Positions 1-11,897 of a DNA stretch of 64,000 nucleotides are shown one piece after another. The position numbers and the translations under genes are program-made. The stretch comes from Marsupella aquatica (Eukaryota > Plantae > Marchantiophyta): NCBI GenBank assembly GCA_973895155.1, contig OZ316893.1, forward strand, positions 23,644,015-23,708,014. The letters run 5' to 3'. How positions within the stretch are numbered: the stretch's first letter is position 1; each line of letters begins with the position of its first letter. The notes under the pieces are model-generated. The model was not told the origin of the DNA, searched no databases, and saw nothing but the letters and a program-made list of their open reading frames with translations.

Positions 1-457
1 GATAAATTTATCGGGTTTTCGGTAGAAAGAGTTGAATCGCTTGGGAGGAATGTAAGACTTGATGGGAGTTTGGTATTCGCTCTCAGTCAGGAGATATTTG
101 CTCTGGCGAAAGCAAACGTTTTATGGGCAGCCCGCTCCTCTTTATGGAGACGCTCTAAACCATGGTTAATTTCCCCTTAACCATGGTTAAGTTTCCCCTT
201 TATTTGGGTTAGTGCGTGGTCGTTCCTGGATTACGCGGTTCGGACCAAGTTACTCGCAGTTCGGACTTTTTCACTGACAGAATGTAAAACCCGATGCCCG
301 TATCGCTCCCTGCATTCCCGCGACGATGCAATGGAGGAAAGTGGCATTTCAGAGAGTTTTTGCCAGTTTTATCGGTCATTGCATTGCCTTAGAAAAAAAA
401 TGGGATCGGGCTAAACGAGAACTCCAACACACTTCTCGGTCGGTCCGAAATCGTGTT
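1..457 (-). mobile_element. Terminus of a second copy of the Sola-like family-2 element (rest lies upstream of the window)
   Basis: 1-457 is a near-identical reverse complement of ~40726-41185 and ends in the TIR GTCCGAAATCGTGTT at 457. It begins inside a CGATAAATTTATCG palindrome. It is inserted into the ParB-like ORF, with predicted TSD ACTT (458-461). Confidence 0.9.
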
Positions 458-1398
458 ACTTACGTTTTTTCCCAGATCTTGTTGATTCACTTGGGGCCGT
501 AGTATCTGCTTTTGCTTTGGCGCGAGGCTTCCTGCTTCGGTCAACATGAACAATTGTTGTCTCGCATATTGTTTGCAATTCTGTTGTGGATTGATCCACA
601 TCATCCAAAAGCCCCTGCTTCATGTCAGAAACAACATTGACTGGAATCTGGGACTTAGACAGCTTATGGAAAGCATCCTTTTCTCTGTGATCAAAGGGAG
701 AGTCCCATCTATCTGTATCCAGGTACCATGGACAATGGGTTCTCTCCCATTCACTCAAAGGTCTTGCTGGGAAAATTCCCTTGGTAGGATACATAGAATA
801 CAATTCAACTAAAGAATTACTCTCCGGTATGACAGTCCACTTGAGGAAGGCTACGGGATACGCCCAGAAGTAATAAGGATTGGTAGCCTCCATGTGGATG
901 TAAAAATGGTAGAGATACCGTTTTGCTCGCTTCTGGTTCTTCAAAGAATAATCCTCTTTGTCAGGATACTTCGAGGGCCACATTGTATTAAAAAACTTAC
1001 CCTTGACAGAGTCACCGTATTTCCTAAAATCATTCGTAACTATTTCAATGAGAGATTCGAATGATTCACATGCCCAATCTTGTAAGCGATTCACGGGAAT
1101 GGTTTGTTGGACCTCTCGTAGAGCACATTGCAACATCCCCACCGCAATCCCTTCTACATTATTCCATGTAATCCAAGTGTGACACCACTGTTTGACTGGA
1201 TCATCATTGACGCTATTTGGATGGAAGAATTGTCTCCGGAGCTCCGGATTGCAATGTGCTACAAGCAAAGTACTTCGTAGCTTGGCGTCAAGAGCCGAAA
1301 CAGCTGTAAAAAGCCTGGCCCGGTCCATGGTACACAACACGGTATCTGGTTTCTTCTCTCGCTTATTCCTCTCCGTGATAGCATACATCTATGCGCAC
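458..1398 (-). pseudogene. 3' portion of the Mutator-borne ParB-like gene
   Basis: Removing the CACTA element and one GTA TSD joins ...EDFLST-CA*MYAITERN... in frame with ORF 456..1388 (one TAG). The frame is cut at 457 by the Sola-like insertion. Confidence 0.75.
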
Positions 1399-1897
1399 GT
1401 ACACTAGTAGAAATACCCCCTATTTTTTACCATAAAATACGACTAACTATGACTAAAACCGGTCATGTATGACTGAAAATCACTGACGTCGTTCTTGCAA
1501 CTAGTAGTCATAAAAGTGGTGACTTGGATCAACTTAGTCATATTATTGACTAGTGTCATTAGTCATTTTAGTGACTAGAGGGTCAAGTATTTGGAACCAT
1601 ACATCAGTCAAACATAAGTGTTTAGAATGACTTAGTTCGAGTCATATGGGGTTTTCCGTGAGTGATTGATAACACTCAATTGACCGCACTAGTTTCCGTA
1701 GACAATGTTGTCATTCATAGTTGAGACTGAGTCATTAATGTCACAAAAGCACCAATCCAACTAACAATGGCACGATAATAACTCAAAATATGAGCAATCC
1801 ATAAAAAAAAGAGTATTACCCAACATCATGTACTCCAAATTGTGGTCATATATTGAAACAATCCTTCACATTTTGAGTCTCAAATTGTATTTGGTAC

Positions 1898-4800
1898 CTA
1901 ACACTCTACAAATTTCTCAGGCCACATCACAAATGATTCCACAGCATCCACAAGATGGATGTGTGGCGGATCATCTCCCTTGTTTGGAAAGGGTAGAAGA
2001 TATTTGGGTTTACTGACAGCAGTCAACAACAGCACAACATGATCAGCAAGTACCTTCTTTCCATGGAAAGTACTTGCTTCAATTTGAAGTATGCCTTGCC
2101 CAACACAAACACCAGAATTATCAGTTGCCATTAGCCTAGAAGACTGTGCTACAATGCTCACTGCTGTCCCTTTTGGAGAAGTGTTATTCCTCTTCTTCTT
2201 TGGTGCCTTGTAAGGCAAAGTCTCCTTCCCACTGTTTCTGGTCCTCATCTTTCCCATGTTCATCAGTGGTGGGGATTGAGAAAACTCATCTCCAATACCT
2301 GGGGGAGGCTGAGAGTCTATGAAAATCACATCATTGTCATCACTCTGCTTCTCCTGTGAATCTGAAAATTTGGTAGCCTCTAAGTTTCGTCTCCTCTTCC
2401 TGCCTGCTGGATTTGGTATGCGCACCTCCTCCTGTGCTGGCTCTGTACCTCAATAGCAGCCACAAATTCCTTCATTTACAACTAAGCATATAGGCACTAA
2501 AGCTGTCAACAAACCATCAAGTTTGCACTAATTGAATGTACATGGCATAGATACTCAACCACATTAACAGGCCAAACAGAGTCTTCAAACCAACATTTAC
2601 TTACTCTCAATGACAGTTGTACCAGGTTCGATGATCTTTGGATCTGCTGCAACCACTGCAATCTGATCACCTGATACACAATGTAACAAACCTTCAGGGT
2701 CTAGAACCTGAACCTGAACCATCCTGCATCCATGAACCTCAAATTCCTAGGTAAAGTCACACTACACTAAACATGATTTCAGATGACACATACCACTCTT
2801 CTTTGTAGGCACAACTTCCACAATATTTGCAGGCTCTTCATATGGATGTGCAATTGGGTGCTCAATCCTGCCAGCAATGTGCATCACCCGCAACTCACGT
2901 AGTTCAGCTTGTACTTCCCTTAAGGTTGATCCTTGGCTTTGAAGAAGACTAGCTATGTCCTTGAATTGACTCTTCATCTCAGTCTCTACTGATGGCCAAG
3001 CGTTCTCCACAGTCTTCAACCGGTCTGATATCTCTGTAAGGGTAGACACTGCTCCCTGCTATATATCACATACACCAACCAAACGGCTCTTCTCAGCAAT
3101 TTTACAATTGCATAAGGGCTGACAGTACTGTACATCTGAAGAAGGACTGTATAACAGATTGTCCATCAATAATGCTCCTAAATTACCTGTTTAGATCCAA
3201 TGCTGCCTTCATCACACTTTACCCTTTTGATTTCTGCCACAACCTCCTCTTTTGTGGGTTTCTCTCCAGTAAGCTTTTTCTGGAGCACATAAACATTGCA
3301 AGACACGTTTCTCAATGTCAATCTTGCCTAAACGTAGCGTGCTGCTACAACTACATACAGTCCACTCAAATATTAAAATGTAAATAAAGATATGTATGGC
3401 ATGGGAACCCAACCAATTTGGCTACTACTGGTGCATGTCCTCCCCTCCCTGTAAGCGTAGGATTCTTCACTGCATTTCTAGCAGCAATCATTTGTGCAGA
3501 CTTCTCCTGTCCTGCCCTAGACAGGAATGTCCCTCTCAGTCGAGCCCATTGTTCTACATGAACACTTGGGGGTGCTTCAGCATGTGGTTTACTGCCATCA
3601 GCAATCCATGCTTTGTGCAATCGATGCCTCTCTGTTTTCATGATAGTTCGTCCATACTCTGCAAGACAATCAGCACTGACCCCTTTCCCAGAATTCCCCA
3701 AATATTCCCACTTGTCTCGCATATATTTGCAAACCAGTTCCCAGTCAGATGGATGTTGACAATTAAAGTTAGTACAGCTAATGTCCAACCACCGTAGACA
3801 CTCCATTCGCAAGTCATTGTGCCATCTATTCTTTCCAGCACTCATCATTGTGATCCGGCCTTCATCATCAACTTCAACAGTACCCAGCTTCACATTCTCA
3901 CCTCTCCCAGTGCTCCCTGACGCACTACTTGGTGTTGCAAATCCAGGAGTTGCTCTCCCATGGCCTGAGCGGGGTGTGATAGGGTTATCTGAAAAGAGAA
4001 ACGCAATTAACACCATTAATATCATATGGTCTATGTGAACTACCTGATTTCAATACTTTACTTAGAACTGCTGTAGAAAATAGCTCCTCCCCTCCGCAGA
4101 CTCTGTGTCGGTTGGACTGAAGGTGCTGGTGCTGGTGCTGGTGCTGGGTTCCCACCATACCCACCATAACCTTGCCATCCTATCGCCATTGGGAGAGGAC
4201 CTCCCATGAATTGCCCCGATGGCCCCATTGACCCTCCTTCATACATATTTGTGGGCTGCATACGGTCCCACATTGGGTCTGCCATTCACATCAGACCAGG
4301 CAAATTGTCATACTCAGACCCACATCTATTGAGGAACACAATCAGCCAATTTGAGCTCAAAATACACTTGTCCACATGAAACAAATTAAAATGTTCACAC
4401 TTACTTGGCCAACTTGGACCCATATAGCTGGCAGAAGGGCCTACACCCATAGACCCGCCATAGTTATTGCCCCCTGTGGTGCTTGCGGCCAGATATAGTT
4501 GGGGGCATTAAATTGGGGGTTATTGCAATTGCTGTTGCTTGGGGCTTGGACTGAGTATACAGAGGGCGTCGGTCGAGATCTCATAGAAGTTCCCCCAGTT
4601 GCCTTACTGCAAGCAGGCTTTGGTGGAGGGGTAGGATTTGGCATGTCATCATCCTCTGACATGCTAGCACTTGCATTCGGATCTTGGTCAGGATCATATT
4701 TTGTATCACCAACATCAGGCATGCAATCCTCTACCTCATTCTTATCAGGAGATTCAGCCATTGAAATAGGGGTCTTTGAAGTCAACCTCTCACTGCGTCG

Positions 4801-4989
4801 CCTAGGTCCGTCAGGATTACAGAAGGTCTTCCGTCTACACTGACTCCGCTTCGACAGTGTTGGGATACTTTTGTTACTGCAACACCCACATGAAATTCGA
4901 CACAGGTTATGTATGTAGTAGTCCATTACAGAAGCTACACAATGAACAGACGCACACAACGAGATACACATACAGCTCATACTATGCAC
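1898..4989 (-). CDS. CACTA TnpA/Ptta-like (Transposase_24-type) multi-exon gene, probably degenerate; boundaries approximate
   Basis: ORF 3366..4025 has PPSVHVEQWARLRGTFLS...EKSAQMIAARNAVKNPTLTGRGG, typical of CACTA ORF2. A coiled-coil exon lies at 2762..3049 and a C-terminal exon at 1898..2425. It sits downstream of Tnp2 on the same strand. Confidence 0.65.
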
Positions 4990-5224
4990 AGTCCCTTACA
5001 TATCCAAAATAGCCTCTTGCACATCACCCAACAGGGCTGCGGCACATTGGCGAACCCATGCTCGATGTTTCACAGCCTGCTTCTCATACTCACACATGCC
5101 ATTTTCGTCTGGCATCCTACTCACCAAGTTACTGCAGTTGCACAAACAAGTCATCCATTTATTGCTCATACTTGCTACTCATTGCACTTCAAAGAGTCAC
5201 CTACTCACAACAAAACAAATCCAA

Positions 5225-8200
5225 CTACTCATCATCTTCGTCCATGTCAGCTTCAACCTCTCCCTCATAAGTCTGTCTCACTGTCAAGGGGATGTACTCC
5301 CTGGTCCCCTGGCCCCGATGTACAACGTCTACTGCCGGCTGTTCAAAGGCCCCATGTGCATCCAAACTGAACTCTATTTTAGTACCCTCCATCCTTCGAA
5401 CTCTAGGTGAGCTATGGCAGACTACACGCCAACCACGAGACTCCTCCACATCTAAAAAAAATACTTGCTCCACTTGACTTGGGAACACAAAAGGCTCCAT
5501 CCATTCTGCCAGTCTTTGGTTAAAATTGACCATTAGAAAGCCATCCATATCCCGTTTCATGGTCGCTCTTGGCCCATGCCAATCTGGCTTCACCCATGAA
5601 CCTTTCATTAGGATGATTTGTTGTGATGTGTTCCCATAATTCAGTGCCCAGATGTCTGCCAACTCCCCAACATATCCCATCTCCATCCAGCCCCTGTTGC
5701 TCTGAGCATCTATATGCTCAAACACAGATATTACCCCCGAATTATATGTCACTAAATGCTTGTCCTCATCATCATGCACACGGTACTGATTCCCATATGC
5801 TTTCATCCGTTTATACCGCTGTACAATACGTCTGGGAGGCACAGACAAGAGGAGAACATCTCTATCCATGTTTGGGTTCTGCCTGCTATGCTCTCGAATT
5901 GTTGTCCTGATCCACTCAGGAAAAGTAGGGAATGCCTGGTGATTTAACCCTAATTGGGCGGCCTTCTGCACATTGTATTCCCTGCATGATGACAATGAGA
6001 ACAATTTCTCAATACAATGTACATATCCTACCAAAATGGATATGAATAAAGAAGGAATGCAAGGAGGGTGCGGAAACATGAGTACTCACTGCCACCAAGG
6101 TTGCATCATGACTGTATTGTGTAAGACATATAAGTGTGCTGCATCACGAACTTCTGCAGACAATTGCAAGGAAGTAAAAGCGCCTTGAAGAACCTCTCCA
6201 GCCACCCCCTCTTCTTCCTCAGCATCCCACACCCTGCTCCTAACACTATCTACACCAGCCATGTACTCTGTAAGGAACCCCAAGGTTTCTTCTTGAATGT
6301 AACCGAGAGCCATGCTTGCTTCAGGCCTGTAATAAGTACGTACATGGCCTTTTAGCAACTTCATGTACCGTTCCATTGGATACATCCACCTTGTACTCAC
6401 TGGGCCGTAGTGGCCCAGATCTTCAACCGCATGGATGATCAAATGAGTCATGACATCAAAAAATGCTGGCGGGAAATAAATCTCCAAGTCACAAAGCACA
6501 CGCACAGTATCTGCCTTTAACTGAGGAAATGTTGTAGGGTCCCACACCTTCACACAAATACGACGAAAGATCTGACACAGTCTCAAAATGACATTGCGAA
6601 CTGGTTTTTGCATCAATCCCCTCAGACATACTGGTAGAATGTCTTGCATCATAACATGGAAGTCATGAGTTTTCATACTTCCCAACTTCTTCTTCCTTAT
6701 ATGCTTTGCAAAGGCTCCAGCGTACCCAGAGGGTACTCTGAACGAACTCAGCCTAGACAAAATTGTGTTCCACTCGTTCTGGGTGCAAACATATGGAGCT
6801 TGGTACTTGAAAACCACACCCGGCCTATTCTGGGATTCTTGCAGCCAAAGTTGAGGATGAATGCCCTTCTCCTGAAGGTCCTTTCGTACTGCTGCAACAT
6901 CGTTGTCCCCCGATAGAAACTTCAAAAGACTTTCGCATACATTCTTCTCAATGTGCATAACATCAATGTTATGTTTGCTTGCTCAAAATCCTGCACCCAT
7001 GAAGTACGCATGATTGCCACAATTAGGTTCAGACACAAGAACTAAAAACTGTTGTGCATAGGATCTGAAGAGGTTCACTGAGTACAAGTGAATATGCAAA
7101 TATTACCTTCCAATACTCCAATGATGTGTCCATCATTGTCTGCCTTTTGATGCCATGAGTCTTTGCTGGGTCATCTGGCACGTCTCTACAAGCACCATAT
7201 TCATCATAAGACACCTTGTTCAGTCCCCACTGCAGAAGTTGGTCTCTACTAACCAACACAGGAGACTCTCGAAGCTCCCTCTGGTTGTTGAAGTGGGCTA
7301 TGTGGGATTGCCTGTGCCTGAAAGGGTGGTGGGCAGGAAGATATCGCCTGTGGCCCTGGAATTTGATACTGCCCAAGGAAACGGACCATTCAGATGTAAC
7401 ATCTGGGCCACATTGTGTGCAACCCAGATATCCCTTCCCTACCTGCCCAGATATCATGCTATGTCCAGGGTAGTCTGCTATTGAATTAACACACATTGCA
7501 CGTAGGTTGAATGTCCTCGGTCTACCAGGTCCACAAAGTGCATCAACTGTCATAACTCCATGTGTCCATAGAGTAACCCATTCCTCCACCGCAGGGGCCA
7601 ACCAAACATCTATGTTTGCACTTATAGCAGAGTTTGGGCCGGGAATCACAAGACACAAGATCACAAAAAAATGCTTGGTGGATATCCAAGGCGGGAGATT
7701 ATAATTTATCAACGTCACTGGCCAGCAAGAATACACGTTGTTCTTGTCTCCAAAAGGATTAGCACCGTCAAGGCTTAGACCAAACCTCACATTTCTGCTC
7801 TCTGCTGCAAAGTCCGGCCACTTCTCATCTATGTACTTCCAGTGGTTGGAATCTCCAACGTGACGTTGCAAACCATCTGTACTCTTCTGATCAGAGGTCC
7901 AAGTCATCATCTTAGAAATGGATGGACACCTATAGAGGCGCTGCAATCTTGGAATGAGAGGGAAATGCCGTAGGACCTTAGCAGGTTGAGTTGACTTCCC
8001 CACGTTCTTATATCTATGCTTTCCGCAGATAGGGCAGGATAGGCAATCAGCATATTCTTTTCTGAAAAGTACATGGCCATCTGGGCATGCATGGATGGAC
8101 ACATAATTCAAACCAAGTTTGCTCATCACCTTCTTTGCCTCATACATGTTCTTAGGAGCAATGTTTCCAGCGGGTAGTACTGTCCTCTGTAGGAACATCA

Positions 8201-8981
8201 ACAACTCTGTTACACATATGTTGGGCACACGGTGACATCCACATATATTGAGGAACATCACTATGAACCCTAGTTTGGAGCAATTTGCACCACCATACAA
8301 TGGGGACGTAGCTTCCTCCAAGTAGGCCCCAGTTCCCAAGAATTGACCATCATCTCCAGCTCCTTCTCCAATGTCAAACTCTTCTTGGTCCGATGGATCT
8401 GCACCATGCATGTCTGGTTCTTCGTCCCCCTGTGCCTCTGCATCTTCATAAAGTGCATCCAGGTCTTGAAAAATGTCGGAAACCATCCTAGGAACATCTG
8501 CCCCGTCCTCATTAGAAGTCTCGGGACCTCCCTGTGGAACATACTCATCTTCGGCATTGTTGCCTGCATGACCAGTGACGTTATGAAAGAATGCAGAGCG
8601 TCTTGCTGTATTCACATTTTCAAAATCTGCTCTCCATTCATCATCCGATGAATCCTCTTCCTCTGGCACATTCCACACCCTGCGGATTGGATGTCTTCCA
8701 TGCCTTTGAAGATGAGAATGCACTTGGTTCAGGGTCATCGAGTGGTATCCTCGACATTGCATGCAGGGGCATCTCATCCGGGTATTTCTGCCCCGGCTTG
8801 CTCTAAGCACCTCTCTATTCCACAACTTGGAGTCATGACGTGTAATCCTCAGTGGGTGATGCAAAGGGAGTCGCACTTCATTGGTATGTCTCTGATTCCT
8901 TTGCCCCAACTGTCCATCCTCATTTGCCTGATCCATACCTTCAGCTGTCGTAGGCACCCCTTGGCTATGTACCCTTTGCAC
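5225..8981 (-). CDS. CACTA Tnp2/TnpD transposase (Transposase_21 + DUF4218 + DUF4216), 3 exons, probable frameshift near 6975
   Basis: Motifs IHACPDGH, RNVRFGLSLDGANPFG, IDVMHIEKNVCE, FPPAFFDVMTHL...GPVSTRWMYPMERYM and EPFVFPSQVEQVFF. Introns at ~7106-6991 and ~6088-5985. The exon-2 acceptor is 32 nt from the MHIEKN frame. Confidence 0.93.
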
Positions 8982-9344
8982 TAGACAGGCTTATACAATT
9001 GCATATTCTAAGTACATGGAGGGGACACATGCAAGTTTCATGAAGGAAATATCATAGACGCTAAACACACTCACTATCAAGTCCGCTCTGTGCTGGCGCC
9101 CGACCTGCTCACGTATCATCTGCTCACTGCAGGCAGCAACATCATAACAGACTTGCTATAATCAGTGAAGTGCTTGGTCGTTGACCAGTCAATGGTACAA
9201 CGTACATCATACACTGCCATACATCTCCACATGCAAAACCAAGACATTTGGAGGATGAAAAGGAGTAATGTCTTGTAGACAAAAAATAACACACAAAAGT
9301 TTATTTCAAAAATGTAACCGTCTAGCATACAGACAGTTGAGACC

Positions 9345-10271
9345 TTATTCATAATCATTAGGGCTAACAGAATCATACGCACTATCAGAAAACTCTTCAT
9401 CCGTGGTCTGGAACTCAGAAGTAACATATTCTGGGTCGTCATAGGGAATGAATGGCTTTGCTGGCCATATTTCATATAAATCATATTTATGCTCATTTAA
9501 TCGCATATTTGTTGAAAGTGACTGCCTGACCCATTCAGGGTAGACCACACGCAGCCCATGTGTGATGAGCCATCGTACTGTGGACTTTCCATACTCTCGG
9601 CATGCCTTAGAATATGAATGAGCAATGAGATGGGTGGTCTCATTAGTGAGCTTCTCAATCACTGTACCACCTCTTCTACTGATCTCCCTCTTGAAACGAC
9701 AGACCCTATATGGCTTGATAGACTTGTCAAGTATAACAGCCCTCACACCTCTGAACATGGTACGGTCTGGGATGGGTTCTGTCTCATATGGGATAATGTT
9801 GTTGTATACTTTTGTGATCTGGTCAATAGACGGAACCCTACTCCCACCTCTCCCTGCAATTCTACGAGCCTTGTGCCAATCTCGACTGTCTTTCATCATT
9901 TGGACGCTATTGTACTTGCTCTCAAACAAATTGTAATCATCAGGATCTTGGACACTCCCTTTTCTAAGGGAGTCAGACATCCATTCTGCTGAAAGTATTT
10001 TGACATGCCTCAAGAAGACTTTGTCATAGAAAACCGACCAAGATGCCATTTTCAGACAATGTTCCCATGTTTCTGCAATAATATGTGTGACTTCAGTGTC
10101 CTGTAGTTGAGATTGTGTCTCTGTACCGTGACACTCAATGAGTTTTCTCCTAAGGATATCCAATCTTGCACTCTGAATACCTGGGACAAAAAAGACTCTG
10201 ACCCCTTGGAAGATGGGAGCACACTGGGAAGTTGGAAGGGGGACAAGTTCACGCTTCCGTTTGGAAGGCAT
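9345..10271 (-). CDS. Tandem BRCT-domain protein (DNA polymerase lambda-type BRCT x2), CACTA cargo
   Basis: Two repeats: IFQGVRVFF...IQSARLDILRRKL...VTHIIA...AEWMSDSL...DDY and MFRGVRAVIL...IKPYRV...GGTVIEKL...TTHLIA...PEWVRQSL...HKY. Both resemble the N-terminal BRCT of plant Pol lambda. No polymerase domain is present. Confidence 0.75.
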   Translation of the reverse strand: MPSKRKRELVPLPTSQCAPIFQGVRVFFVPGIQSARLDILRRKLIECHGTETQSQLQDTEVTHIIAETWEHCLKMASWSVFYDKVFLRHVKILSAEWMSDSLRKGSVQDPDDYNLFESKYNSVQMMKDSRDWHKARRIAGRGGSRVPSIDQITKVYNNIIPYETEPIPDRTMFRGVRAVILDKSIKPYRVCRFKREISRRGGTVIEKLTNETTHLIAHSYSKACREYGKSTVRWLITHGLRVVYPEWVRQSLSTNMRLNEHKYDLYEIWPAKPFIPYDDPEYVTSEFQTTDEEFSDSAYDSVSPNDYE

Positions 10272-11174
10272 GATGCCTCCTGTAATAAAAGCCAATAGAG
10301 AAATACCAGTGCCCGCGTTGCCTGTCCCTCAATGCTTCAGCCCAATGCTCTCTGATGACACAAAGTGCACTCTAGCTCCCTGATTGTGGCACACATGACA
10401 AGATCGAAAGTCAATACATGCAGTAAATCCCAGCACGGAGTTATAGGACAAACCATATACTCTTCAGTCAAATTATTTTCACCATGTGTTCATGTAATTA
10501 CATTGATGAAAGTAGAGCGACAGCCTACTTCAGTATACACATAGCATACATGTGGCCCTTTATATTGTCTTGTCTGCATATAGCCTGAATTCACATTCGA
10601 ATACCTGTATCTTACGTGACAGTGGTGGGGACTAAGAATGATATCATTCAACTGCCCAATTTCCAGTCACATCTGTAATTGTACAAATGTATGGGTCAGG
10701 CACACGACTTAAGATGACCTTTGTTAAGAGCAGAAACAAATACATAATTTGAGCTATATATGTATTTTCATACTCCAATGCATGCATGTTGTTTTACTCC
10801 AGGCAACAGTCTGCTTGGAATCTTTAGTCTTTCACAGTTATGGTCTCTTGCCATACACATGATTCACTCAAAGTGGAAAAAACACAGACATCCTTGTGCA
10901 GGCCCTAACTTTGAAATTGCAATTAACTTAATCAGTCTTCAAAAAATAAGTTAACTTAGTTAGTTTTGGAGGTGTCATCGTGTACGAAAGTATAAGGACA
11001 GAACCATGTATGGCTGAACTGAAAAAGCAATATCCAAATTTACTATGCAGTCACAAAGTCGATCGATAGCTCACTGTAGCGGGGTGTGTCTGAGCTATGG
11101 TTGACAGCGCAGTGAGGTGCCCACTTCATTAAAAAGTCCAAAATGTGAGATGTGCAATGTTGGATTCATTTAGC

Positions 11175-11897
11175 TCAGCCTGTTGGTGCTGATCCACTTG
11201 TTTTGTTGCTGGCGCTGGAGGTGTCATCCAGCAATAGCCAAGTCAAGTGGTCTCTCGCAGGGGTCTGCAAATGAGGGTCAATCGTATGGAGGTGGCAATA
11301 CAAAAACCACCTATCAACCCCGTGTGCAGAGTGGGAATAAATTTGGCGGTCACATGCATACCCTTCTGCCTGAAGGGCTAGTAAACACTCATGGTGCCAG
11401 GCTGTGGGACATCTGGGACAATGGACCATGTCTATCCAGTAGTCATCATCAGGCTCCCCACAAGCAGGACAAATATGTAGTGGGCAAAGGGAGTTATCAT
11501 GGGGCAGGCATGTCAAACAAAAAAAACGAACACAAAACCTGTCAGGACATTTCCGCAACTCTGGTTGATCCCCCTCAACAGTGCCGTTTGTGCCACATTG
11601 AGCACACTTGCTGATATTAGTGGCACAATCAAAGCAAGTCCAAGCACCCCGATGGTCCCCCCGGAGCCCAACCCCAGGGCATGCATTTTGTGGTGCATAA
11701 GTGGACCAGGAATTGACATGGAATTGTCTCAGGCAGGGGCCATCACACATGACCAGGTCACCTCCATCGTCACAAATGGCACAGACATGAGCGGCTTTCT
11801 GATGAATTTGTGCATTGGACCAATGATGATGTCTACTCATGGAATCGTGCCTCACCTGTGATCCGCCTCTGTGTGCTGACCGTTTTGGACGAGCCAT
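11175..11897 (-). CDS. EDM2/NSD-type composite PHD-finger protein, CACTA cargo
   Basis: CAICDDGGDLVMCDGPCLRQFH...CPGVGL...WTCFDC...CAQCG...CPDRFCVRFF...CPLHICPACGE...VHCPRCPTAWHHECL...FLYCHLHTIDPHLQTPARDHL follows the EDM2 PHD array including its distal 'TPxRDH' motif. Intact single-exon ORF. Confidence 0.8.
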   Translation of the reverse strand: MARPKRSAHRGGSQVRHDSMSRHHHWSNAQIHQKAAHVCAICDDGGDLVMCDGPCLRQFHVNSWSTYAPQNACPGVGLRGDHRGAWTCFDCATNISKCAQCGTNGTVEGDQPELRKCPDRFCVRFFCLTCLPHDNSLCPLHICPACGEPDDDYWIDMVHCPRCPTAWHHECLLALQAEGYACDRQIYSHSAHGVDRWFLYCHLHTIDPHLQTPARDHLTWLLLDDTSSASNKTSGSAPTG

